A model generated the notes under the pieces. The model saw only the letters and a program-made list of their open reading frames with translations. It did no database searches and had not been told where the DNA came from. A stretch of 24,831 nucleotides of DNA from Candidatus Eiseniibacteriota bacterium. GTDB lineage: Bacteria; Eisenbacteria; RBG-16-71-46. How positions within the stretch are numbered: position 1 is the first letter of the stretch; every line of letters begins with the position of its first letter. The position numbers were made by a program, and so were the translations under genes. The stretch is taken from NCBI GenBank assembly GCA_044222065.1, contig JBGAOA010000063.1:1-24831 (forward strand), written 5' to 3'. Of this stretch, positions 9,368-17,202 are shown piece by piece.

Positions 9368-9554
9368 GTCCCTCCCGCTGTATCCCCTCCGCAAAGTACG
9401 ACGGTCCGCCGCACGGCCGCCCCGGTGGCGTGCGAACCGCGTGTTTGCGGCACGATCCACGACACTCTGCCGCCAAACCGCTCGCGGGCCGTCTCGAAAG
9501 ATGACGGCTCTGGTTGCGCTGTGGATCGTGAGGACGGTGTTGAGATCGGGGGAC
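9368..9554 (+). ncRNA. Candidate ~187-nt structured RNA (three-way junction), family unknown
   Basis: Manual pairing gives a closing stem 9368-9385/9532-9554, arm A 9389-9450 and arm B 9451-9530 capped by a GAAA tetraloop. Many G-U pairs favour the + strand. Confidence 0.5.
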
Positions 9555-9580
9555 TCACCGCCGCTTCTTCGTCTCCCGCC

Positions 9581-10237
9581 TCAGTTGTGGTCGCCGCCCG
9601 CGGGATCCGGACGCGAGCGCTCGCGCATCCGGCGCTCCATCGCCTCGCGCACCGCCGCGGCCCGCTCGAGCACGCTGTCCATCGCGAGCAGCCCGAGCTT
9701 CGACTCCGCCTCGCAGTCGAGCAGCGTGCAGAGCAGGTTCGTGAGCCCCTCGAGGCTCATCCCCGAGAGCCACTCGCGCGGCAGCGACTCGGGCACGCCG
9801 AGAGCGCGCGCGAAGCGCACGTGCGCCTCGCGCAGCGCCTGCTTCTCGACCGCGACGAGCGGGTCGTCCTCGGGCACCGGGTGCTGCGGCAGACGGGTCG
9901 CGCGCACCGCGCGGTACGGGAATTCGCGCACGACACGGCCGAACTTCACGCGCGTGAGTCCCGAGAGCTTCAGGTCGTAGCAATCGTTCGGGAGCCACTC
10001 GACCTCCTCGATGCGGCCGAGGCAGCCGAGCGCGTGGAACTCCGGGCTCCCGTGGTAGTCGCGCTCCCAGCCGGGCTTGAGCAGGGCCATCGCGATCTCG
10101 CGCCGGCTCGAGAGTGCGTCGCGCACCATCGTGCGGTAGCGCAGCTCGAAGACGTGCAGCGGCAGGACGGCGTGCGGGAACAGCACGACGTTCGGCAGCG
10201 GGAAGACGGGCACGGGCTCGGACAGCTCTTCGAACAT
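9581..10237 (-). CDS. Stand-alone LON peptidase substrate-binding (N-terminal) domain protein
   Basis: ATG at 10237 with a GGAG SD. PVFPLPNVVLFP...LPLHVFE.RYR.MV and LGCLGRI; 218 aa with no AAA+ or protease domain. Confidence 0.88.
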   Translation of the reverse strand: MFEELSEPVPVFPLPNVVLFPHAVLPLHVFELRYRTMVRDALSSRREIAMALLKPGWERDYHGSPEFHALGCLGRIEEVEWLPNDCYDLKLSGLTRVKFGRVVREFPYRAVRATRLPQHPVPEDDPLVAVEKQALREAHVRFARALGVPESLPREWLSGMSLEGLTNLLCTLLDCEAESKLGLLAMDSVLERAAAVREAMERRMRERSRPDPAGGDHN

Positions 10238-10307
10238 GGCGGCCTCGCTCCTCGGGAGCGGCGGGTGCCCGCGCAGTGTAGCCCCGCACGGCGGCGGCCG
10301 CGGGGGC

Positions 10308-10347
10308 AAAAAACGTCGCGGCGGCCCGGGAGTTCGGGGCCGCCGCG
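10308..10347 (-). terminator. Intrinsic terminator after sod-bcp
   Basis: 11-bp GC stem (10317-10327/10337-10347) followed on the minus strand by ACGTTTTTT. Confidence 0.75.
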
Positions 10348-10359
10348 GGTCGTGCGGGC

Positions 10360-10839
10360 TCAGTCCTCGCGCACGAACTCGAGCAGGTCGTCGATGTGAC
10401 CCTCGACCTTCACGCGCGGGTAGATCTGCGCGATGCGGCCGGTGCGATCGATGACGAACGTCGTCCGTTCGATCCCCATGGACTTCTTGCCGTACAGGTT
10501 CTTCTGCTTGTACACGCCGTACAGCTTCGAGACCGTCGTGTCCTCGTCCGAGAGCAGCGTGAACGGCAGGTTGTGGCGGTGGCGGAACGAGAGGTGCGAG
10601 TCCATCGGGTCGTTCGAGACGCCGAGCACGACGACGTTCTGCTTGTCGAACTCCTCGAACGCGTCGCGGAACGCGCACGCTTCCTTCGTGCAGCCGGGCG
10701 TCTCGTCCTTCGGGTAGAAGTACAGGATGACGGTCTTCTTGCCCTTGAACTGACGCAGGGTGATGTTCTCCCCCGTCGTGGACGGAAGCGTGAAGTCGGG
10801 CGCGGGTCGCCCGATCACGGGTAGCAGACTGGTCGCCAT
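10360..10839 (-). CDS. bcp: Thioredoxin-dependent thiol peroxidase Bcp/PrxQ
   Basis: Motifs APDFTL, LYFYPKD.TPGCTKEAC.FRD, LPFTLLSD and GIERTTFVID. Confidence 0.93.
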   Translation of the reverse strand: MATSLLPVIGRPAPDFTLPSTTGENITLRQFKGKKTVILYFYPKDETPGCTKEACAFRDAFEEFDKQNVVVLGVSNDPMDSHLSFRHRHNLPFTLLSDEDTTVSKLYGVYKQKNLYGKKSMGIERTTFVIDRTGRIAQIYPRVKVEGHIDDLLEFVRED

Positions 10840-10921
10840 GGGTTCTCCCGGAGAAGCGCGTCGGGCTCCCCGTGGGAGCCCGGCCGCGACGGCGGCGAAG
10901 CCGCCGCTCCTGCGGTTTCGG

Positions 10922-11536
10922 TTATCGGGTCGCCGGCGACATGGCGAGCGCGCTTTCCAGATTGCGGTTCACCACGTCCCAGTCGAGGTTGTTGAAGAAC
11001 GCTTCGATGTACTTCGCGCGCAGCCGGCCGTAATCGAGCCAGTACGCATGCTCGTAGACGTCGAGCGCCAGGATCGGCGTCGCGTTCCAGAGCGGGAACG
11101 TGTTCTGCGCGTCGCCCACCACGGTCGTGAGCGTGTTCCAGTCGTGGTCGTAGGCGAGCCACACCCAGCCGCGCGCCGCGAGTCCCGAGGCCTTGAAGTC
11201 GGCGAGCCACGCGTCCACGGACGGGAAGTCGCGCGCGATCAGTTCGGCGACCTTGCCCGTCGGCGCGCCACCCTTGCCGCCGAGGTGGGCGAAGTAGATC
11301 TCGTGGTTCTTCACGCCGCCGGTCGCGAACGACAGGTCCACGCGCAGCGAGCGCAGGTCGCTGAAGATCTGGTTCGCGCTCGCGCGGTCCACGTTCGCGA
11401 GCTTGTCCTGGATCTCGTTCGTCTTCGCGACGTAGCCCTTGTAGAGCTCGTAGTGCTCTTCCATCGTGCGCTGCGAGATGCCGTTCAACTCGCGGATGCT
11501 GGCGAACGTCCGGGCGGTGAGCTTGGGAAAGGGCAT
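10922..11536 (-). CDS. Fe/Mn-family superoxide dismutase
   Basis: Metal ligands in EEHYELYKGY, GGVKNHEIYF and LDVYEHAY; also GWVWL and GGAGG SD. Confidence 0.9.
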   Translation of the reverse strand: MPFPKLTARTFASIRELNGISQRTMEEHYELYKGYVAKTNEIQDKLANVDRASANQIFSDLRSLRVDLSFATGGVKNHEIYFAHLGGKGGAPTGKVAELIARDFPSVDAWLADFKASGLAARGWVWLAYDHDWNTLTTVVGDAQNTFPLWNATPILALDVYEHAYWLDYGRLRAKYIEAFFNNLDWDVVNRNLESALAMSPATR

Positions 11537-11601
11537 CGGGAACCTCCTCGAAAGGCGGCGGGCGCGTGCGCCCGCGAAGCGTCGGTCGGGTGTCGCGAGG
11601 G

Positions 11602-11631
11602 AAGCTAGTCGTGGCTCCCGACAAGTGTCAA
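11602..11631 (-). promoter_or_regulatory. Putative sigma70 promoter of sod-bcp
   Basis: TTGACA-N18-TAGCTT on the minus strand. Confidence 0.65.
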
Positions 11632-11728
11632 ACCCGCGCCGGATGCGGTCGCGAGCGCTGCCGGCTCCTCCGATGACGGCGTCGCGCCGGTGGATTCGGC
11701 GCTCGATCCGGCGAGGCGCGCACGCCCC

Positions 11729-11755
11729 TCAATTCCCGCTCGCCGCCGCCGAGAC
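11729..11755 (+). promoter_or_regulatory. Putative sigma28 (FliA)-type promoter of the TPR gene
   Basis: TCAA-N15-GCCGAGAC with canonical FliA spacing, ending 6 nt before the in-frame GTG at 11762. Confidence 0.55.
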
Positions 11756-11761
11756 TCCCCG

Positions 11762-13000
11762 GTGACCACCTCGTCGTCCTCCCTCCTCGCCGGAGTCCGC
11801 GTGTCGCAATTCCTCACGAACGCCGTGTCGCTGGATGGCGCGTTCTCGGTCTCGGCCGCGCGCGTCAACTCGCGCGGCTCGCTCGCCACGGCGGCGATCA
11901 GCCGCGGCGCGACGAAGATGTCCGACGGTGATTACTCCGGCGCCGTGCGGGAGTTCCAGCTCGCCACGTCGTACGACCCGCAGTCGGTGACGGCGTTCCG
12001 CTACATGGGCCACGCGTACGCGTCGCTCGGCGACGCGTCGCACATGATCGCGTCGTACGAGAAGGCGGTCGGGGTGGACCCGACCGACGCGACGGCGCGC
12101 GCCGAACTCGCGATGAGCTACCTCTCCGTCGGCCGCGAGAACGACGCCGAGCGCGAATACCTGCGGCTCGCGCGGCAGTCGCCGAGCGACACGGGTCCGA
12201 TCAGCTCGCTCGGCTACCTGTACGTGAAGCAGGGGCGCTTCGCCGAGGCCGACACGCAGTTCCGCAAGCTCCAGCAGCTCGCGCCGACCTCGGCCTCGAC
12301 GTTCCAGGCGCTCGGCGCGCTCGCGGGCGCGCAGGAGCGTTTCGACGACGCGGCGAGCTGGTACGAACGCGCGGTGTCCATCGCGCCGTCGAACGCGCAG
12401 GCGGTCGCGGACCTCGGCTTCGCCTACCTGTCGCTCGGCGACACGGAGCGGGCGACCGCCCAGTCCGAGCGGCTGCGCGATCTCAACACCGCGACGAGCG
12501 TGAGCCTCGCGATCGACCTCGAGGTCGCGATGTTCACGCCCGAGATCGCGTTCATCGACCCGGGCCGCAGCACCTTCCTGTCGTCGCTCGGTCCGAAGAC
12601 GCCGCTCACGACGCTCGACCCGACGCTCGACCAGCCGAACGAGTCGCACACGTTCCGGATGGCGTTCGTCTTCAATCAGGCGATGGACGCGGCGTCGGTG
12701 CAGAGCCCGTACAACTGGTCCATCACGCCGGCCGCGGGCGGCGATGCGGGCTTCTACAACTTCGGACTCGGCGCCGCCCCCGGCACCGAGGCGCGCATCC
12801 TGCCCGTGCCGCTGCGCGTGAGCTACGACCCCGAGACGCGCGAGGCGATCGTGTACTTCGACGTCCGCCAGAACGCCACGGGCGACGCCGTGATCGATCC
12901 ATCGCACTGGGTGTTCCAGTTCCGCGGCACCGATGCGGCCGGCAATCGCGTCGATCCGCGCGGCGATCAGTACTCGGGCAGCGCCCGCACGATCTTCTGA
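11762..13000 (+). CDS. Tetratricopeptide repeat protein with an uncharacterised beta-rich C-terminal domain; start uncertain (11690 or 11762)
   Basis: About 6 TPR-like units (e.g. AFRYMGHAYASLGD, SLGYLYVKQGRFAEA, ADLGFAYLSLGD), then FVFNQAMD..SVQ..NWSI...IDPSHWVFQF. Codon usage is typical of the window. Confidence 0.82.
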   Translation: MTTSSSSLLAGVRVSQFLTNAVSLDGAFSVSAARVNSRGSLATAAISRGATKMSDGDYSGAVREFQLATSYDPQSVTAFRYMGHAYASLGDASHMIASYEKAVGVDPTDATARAELAMSYLSVGRENDAEREYLRLARQSPSDTGPISSLGYLYVKQGRFAEADTQFRKLQQLAPTSASTFQALGALAGAQERFDDAASWYERAVSIAPSNAQAVADLGFAYLSLGDTERATAQSERLRDLNTATSVSLAIDLEVAMFTPEIAFIDPGRSTFLSSLGPKTPLTTLDPTLDQPNESHTFRMAFVFNQAMDAASVQSPYNWSITPAAGGDAGFYNFGLGAAPGTEARILPVPLRVSYDPETREAIVYFDVRQNATGDAVIDPSHWVFQFRGTDAAGNRVDPRGDQYSGSARTIF

Positions 13001-13016
13001 CGCGGCCGCGCGGCGG

Positions 13017-13045
13017 TTGACCCGCGCGAAGGCCGCTCCTATCGT
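13017..13045 (+). promoter_or_regulatory. Putative sigma70 promoter
   Basis: TTGACC-N17-TATCGT upstream of the GTG at 13087. Confidence 0.65.
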
Positions 13046-13086
13046 CCGCGCCTCGTTTCCGCACGCGCTCCCCGCGAGGCTGCCCC

Positions 13087-13659
13087 GTGAGCTGGATCCG
13101 ACTCGTCGAACCCGAAGCCGCACCGCCCGAAGTCGCCGCGCTCTACGCGCGCGTGCGCGCCGCGTCATCGCGCGGCGAAGTCGCGCACCTGTGGCGCGCG
13201 CTCGGCGGCGACGCCGCGTTGCTCGACGCCGCGCACGCGCTCTACCGCGCCGCGATGGCGAATCCCGCGCCGCTCACGCCCGCGCAGGCCGAGATGATCG
13301 CGGTCGTCGTGTCGGCGACGAACGGCTGCGGCTACTGCGTGTCCCACCACGGCCCGAAGCTCGCGGCCGCGCTCGGCAGCGAGCCGCTCGCTCGCGCCGT
13401 CGCCGCGGACTACCGCGAAGCCGACCTCGCCGCGCGCGACCGCGTGCTGCTGGACGCCGCCGTCGCGCTGACCTGCGAGCCCGACGAGCGCAAGCGCGAG
13501 GACGTCGAGCGGCTGAGCGAGTACGGCTTCGACGACGCGGGCATCGCGAAGGCCACGGCGATCGCGGCGTACTACAATTTCTCGAACCGCCTCGTGCTCG
13601 CGCTCGGGATCGAACTCGAAGCGGGCCGCGAGGCGTGGAGCTTCGGCGCGCAGGTGTAG
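13087..13659 (+). CDS. AhpD/CMD-family peroxidase-related enzyme
   Basis: EMIAVVVSATNGCGYCVSHH (CxxC) and AYYNFSNR..ALG. Confidence 0.88.
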   Translation: MSWIRLVEPEAAPPEVAALYARVRAASSRGEVAHLWRALGGDAALLDAAHALYRAAMANPAPLTPAQAEMIAVVVSATNGCGYCVSHHGPKLAAALGSEPLARAVAADYREADLAARDRVLLDAAVALTCEPDERKREDVERLSEYGFDDAGIAKATAIAAYYNFSNRLVLALGIELEAGREAWSFGAQV

Positions 13660-13676
13660 CGGGTCGGAGGCACGAC

Positions 13677-13714
13677 CGGCGCGGCGCTCTCTCGGAGCGC
13701 CGCGCCGTTTCGTT
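13677..13714 (+). terminator. Hairpin terminator between convergent genes
   Basis: 13-bp perfect stem (13677-13689/13695-13707) followed by TTTCGTT. Confidence 0.7.
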
Positions 13715-13742
13715 CGGGGCCGTCCCGCGGCCCGCGGTCGCG

Positions 13743-14333
13743 CTACTTCTTCTCGGCCGCCGCCTTCTTCGCCGCGGCTTCCTCTCGCGCGGTCCACGGC
13801 GGCGTGATCTTGTTCATGCGCGCGTACGCGATCGCCTGCCCCAGGTGCTCGTGCGTGTGGCTCACGATCAGCAGGAACGCGGCGCGCTTCGTCATCTTCA
13901 TGCCGAACAGGTTCACTTCGGTGTCGAGATCCGAGTCCGGCGTGTCCGAGATGATCTTGTGGATGTGCGCGTACGAGTCCTTGAGCAGCGTCTGCACCTT
14001 CGCCTTGTCGGACGTGCTCTTCTCCCAGTCCTGGAAGTGCGCCATGTCGATTCCGGCGCTCGGCGGCGGCATCACGCCGAAGAACGCGGGAATGCCGTAG
14101 TTCGCGCCCGCCACGTGCATGAACACCTCGGCCGTGCTGCGCACGCCCTTCATCGGCCGCCAGGCGAACTTGCCCTGCGGCATCGCGCCGGCCAGTTCCT
14201 GCAGCTTGCCGCCCGCGTCGTCGAGGCTCGCGAGGTACTCCTTGCGGATGCCGGTGGGCTCGTCCGCGAACGCGGGCACGGCGAACGCCACGGCGAGCGC
14301 GGCGGCGGCGACGAACAGCTTCGAGCGATGCAT
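13743..14333 (-). CDS. Secreted DinB-family protein
   Basis: ATG at 14333 with a GGAGGA SD. Signal peptide ending AFA-DE, WRP.KGVRS.AEV.MH and HTHEHLGQ.IAY.R (His triad). Confidence 0.88.
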   Translation of the reverse strand: MHRSKLFVAAAALAVAFAVPAFADEPTGIRKEYLASLDDAGGKLQELAGAMPQGKFAWRPMKGVRSTAEVFMHVAGANYGIPAFFGVMPPPSAGIDMAHFQDWEKSTSDKAKVQTLLKDSYAHIHKIISDTPDSDLDTEVNLFGMKMTKRAAFLLIVSHTHEHLGQAIAYARMNKITPPWTAREEAAAKKAAAEKK

Positions 14334-14389
14334 TCGAATCCTCCGAAGGGCGGGTAGAAGGTGCAGCGGGGGAGCGAGCGGCAGGGAGG

Positions 14390-15082
14390 CTACCACCCCG
14401 ACGCGATCAGGTCGCGGGTTTCTTCGACCGCCGACGTCCACAGCCGCAGCACGTCGTCGTCGGAGCGGAAGTAGCGGCCGGCGTAGTTCCCGTCGCCGAG
14501 CGCCGCCCGCACGTCCGCCGGACCGCCGGCCTTCGGCAGTTCGACCGGCGGCTTCTGCGCGTCGGGCATCGTGACGCCCGCGAGGCGCGTCCACGGGAAG
14601 TTCTCCATCCACGAGGCGTGCGAGGCGACCGGGTCGATCTCCTGCACGGTCTTCCACACGCGCGGCGCGTTCCACCAGTTGTGGAAGCGCACGCGTGCGT
14701 CGCGGTGCTCGCCGAGCCACTCGCGCACGAGCGACTCGGCGGGCGCGTTTCCGCCGTGGCCGTTCACGATCAGCACGCGCCGGAAGCCCTGCGCGTGGAG
14801 CGCGTCGAGCGCGTCGCGCACGACGGCGAGGAACGTCGCGACGCGCAGCGTCACGGTGCCGGGATAGGCGGTGAAGCTCGGCGTGATGCCGTAGGCGACG
14901 ACCGGGAACACCGGCACGCCGAGCGGCTCGGCGGCCTCGGCCGCGACGCGCTCGGCGAGGATGCTGTCGGTCGCGAGGCTCAGGTACGCGTGCTGCTCGG
15001 TGCAGCCGAGCGGCAGCACGCAGCGATCGTCGGTCCGGAGATACGCCTCGATCTGCATCCAGTTCGACTCGGCGACGCGCAT
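14390..15082 (-). CDS. Creatininase-family amidohydrolase
   Basis: ATG at 15082. Motifs LPLGCTEQH, ATD, YPGTVTL, IVNGHGGN and HASWME. Confidence 0.9.
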   Translation of the reverse strand: MRVAESNWMQIEAYLRTDDRCVLPLGCTEQHAYLSLATDSILAERVAAEAAEPLGVPVFPVVAYGITPSFTAYPGTVTLRVATFLAVVRDALDALHAQGFRRVLIVNGHGGNAPAESLVREWLGEHRDARVRFHNWWNAPRVWKTVQEIDPVASHASWMENFPWTRLAGVTMPDAQKPPVELPKAGGPADVRAALGDGNYAGRYFRSDDDVLRLWTSAVEETRDLIASGW

Positions 15083-15108
15083 GCGCTTCTCCCCTTTCGC
15101 CGCGGCGC

Positions 15109-16347
15109 TCAGCGCGCGGCGATCGCCTCGCGGTAGATCGCGAGCAGTCCTTCGACGTGGCGCCTCGGATCGGCGCTCGCGCGCACGCGCCGCCGGCCCT
15201 CCTCGCCCCACGTCGCCGCCTCGGGCGCCGCGAGCGCGCGCCGAACCGCGGTCGTCCACACGCCCGCGTCCCCGGGCGGCGCGAGCAGCCCGGTGCGCTC
15301 GTGCTCGACGAGTTCCGGGATCGCCCCGATCGCGGAGCCGACGACCGCGCGCCCGAAGTATTGCGCTTCGGCCGCGGCGTAGCAGTAGGTCTCGTAGAAG
15401 AGCGACGGCACGACGACGACGGCGGCGCGCGCGAGCAGCGGCACGAGCCGCGTCGTGTCGAGCGCTCCGACGAGCGCGAGATTCGGCGCCGTCGTGCGCG
15501 CCGCCTCGAGCGCGCCTCGCAGCGGCCCCTCGCCCGCGACGACGAGCGGCGTGTCGCCGATCGCGCGCGCGATCGCGGGCAGCAGCGTCACGCCCTTCTC
15601 GGCCGAGAGCCGCCCGGCGTAGAGCGCGAACGGGCGCTCGGGCGCCTCGCGCGATGGCGCGGCCGCGAGCGCGTCGGCGTCCGCGGCGATCTCGACGCCG
15701 TGGCCGAGTACGCGCACGCGCTCCTTCGGCGCGCCGAGCGACACGGCCTTGTCGCCCGCGAAGCGCGAAGGCGCGATCCAGCGGCGCACCGCCCGATAGG
15801 CGCCGCGCCGGTCGTGCGCGTACGCCTCCCACGCGCCGACGGCGCCCTTCGCGTGCGAGTCGTGGATGCAGCCGGTCGCGGCCGCGTGCCAGTGCGCGCC
15901 GCCGCGGCAGCGCTCGCACGGCGCGCCGCGCGCGAACAGCACGCGGTTCGCGCACCACGGCTTGAAGTCGTGGAGCGTCATCACGACCGGCACCCCCGCG
16001 CGCTCGAGTGATGCGAGCGGCGAGGGCGTGAGGTAGCGGCTCGGCGCGTGGACGTGCGCGATCTCGGGGCGCCACGCCTCGACGAGCCGCGTCATCGCGT
16101 CCTCGGCGGGCCGCGACCAGATCGCGCGCGGGAGCTGCGCGAGCTGGCGCGCGAGCGGACCGCCCTCGGAGTAGTCGGCCGCGGGCGCGAAGAACTCGGC
16201 CGTCGGGCTCGGCGCGTTGCGTTCGTCGCGGATCGCGAAGTGGCCGACCGAGTGGCCGCCGGCCTCGAGCCAGCGCGTCTCGTCGAACATCGCGCGCTCC
16301 ACGCCGCCCTTCAGCCAGTGGAAGGCGTTGACGTGGAGCACGCGCAC
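15109..16347 (-). CDS. Glycosyltransferase family 4 (GT-B)
   Basis: Motifs MRVLHVN..GG.E, TLHD, YAGRLSAEKG, PS..YE.......EA and GAIPELV. Confidence 0.9.
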   Translation of the reverse strand: MRVLHVNAFHWLKGGVERAMFDETRWLEAGGHSVGHFAIRDERNAPSPTAEFFAPAADYSEGGPLARQLAQLPRAIWSRPAEDAMTRLVEAWRPEIAHVHAPSRYLTPSPLASLERAGVPVVMTLHDFKPWCANRVLFARGAPCERCRGGAHWHAAATGCIHDSHAKGAVGAWEAYAHDRRGAYRAVRRWIAPSRFAGDKAVSLGAPKERVRVLGHGVEIAADADALAAAPSREAPERPFALYAGRLSAEKGVTLLPAIARAIGDTPLVVAGEGPLRGALEAARTTAPNLALVGALDTTRLVPLLARAAVVVVPSLFYETYCYAAAEAQYFGRAVVGSAIGAIPELVEHERTGLLAPPGDAGVWTTAVRRALAAPEAATWGEEGRRRVRASADPRRHVEGLLAIYREAIAAR

Positions 16348-16357
16348 GGCGGCGATC

Positions 16358-17155
16358 CTAGTGTTCCGCGGTCCGGGGCAGCGGGAAGCCCGCGAGCGCG
16401 GAACCGATGCCGGGCGCGTTCTCGTAGGCGAGCAGTTCGCCCGGCACGTCCTTGCCGAGGAAGCCGCGCAGCACCTCGAGGTGCATCCACGACGCCTCCG
16501 GCATCGCGCGTTCCGCGAGCGCGCCGTGCACGGTCGCGAGCCCGTTCCATTCGCCGCGCTGCAGCGCGCCGAGCGCGAACTCGTCCACCTCGAGCGACTC
16601 GGCCTGCTCGCGCTTCAGGTTGAAGGCGTGCTGGTTGAACGTGAGCGTGCCGCCGACGACGAACGCGACGCGGAATTCCCACGCCTCGAGCGTCGCGCGA
16701 ATCGCGGCACCCCAGCGGCGGTGCTCGTCGCGCGTGGCGCCATCGCGCAGCGACAGCGGCACGACGGGGAACCGGCGCGCGTTCGAGAGGAAGTGGAGCG
16801 GGATCGCGACGCCCGTGTCGGCGCCGCGGCTCGCCGTCCCGGCCCGCAGCCCCGCGCGCTGCGCCCGCTCGACGATCGCGCGAGCGAGCGCCGGATCGCC
16901 GGCGCAGTCGTAGCGCGGCTCGACGCCCCAGCCGGGCAGGTCGATGAGCGTGCGAATGCGGCGGGAGTCGTCGGCGAGGAACGGCCCTTCGCTCTTCCAG
17001 CGCGCGCTCACGCACACGATCGCCTGCGGATCCTCGGCGAGCAGAGCCTCGCCGGCCGCCTGGAGCGCGGTGATCATTTCGGTGACGTGACCGCGCTGCT
17101 GCTCGATGAGCAGCGTCGGGACGCTCGGGGCCAGCAGGGCGCGTGAGGTGAGCAT
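16358..17155 (-). CDS. LigB/class III extradiol dioxygenase-fold protein with a degenerate metal site
   Basis: Overall pattern (PQAIVCVSARW, Y...GDPALA, D.GVAIPL.FL, VVPLS, WGAAIR, RVAFVVGG) fits LigB/DODA-like proteins, but the conserved His positions are substituted. Confidence 0.75.
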   Translation of the reverse strand: MLTSRALLAPSVPTLLIEQQRGHVTEMITALQAAGEALLAEDPQAIVCVSARWKSEGPFLADDSRRIRTLIDLPGWGVEPRYDCAGDPALARAIVERAQRAGLRAGTASRGADTGVAIPLHFLSNARRFPVVPLSLRDGATRDEHRRWGAAIRATLEAWEFRVAFVVGGTLTFNQHAFNLKREQAESLEVDEFALGALQRGEWNGLATVHGALAERAMPEASWMHLEVLRGFLGKDVPGELLAYENAPGIGSALAGFPLPRTAEH

Positions 17156-17202
17156 GGCCGGAGGAAGCTAACGGAGCCGCCGCACCGCGTCCAAACGGCG
17201 CC

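Noticed and set aside
9239..9460. 74-residue N-terminal extension of tryptophanase, or a tnaC leader
   Set aside because: Family similarity starts at MRFPAEPF (9238), a promoter sits immediately upstream, and no short TnaC-like ORF with an SD was seen.
9470..9520. c-di-GMP-I riboswitch (CAAACC...CGAAAG)
   Set aside because: No GGCAAACC/GACGCAAA architecture or second receptor stem, and no downstream gene on that strand.
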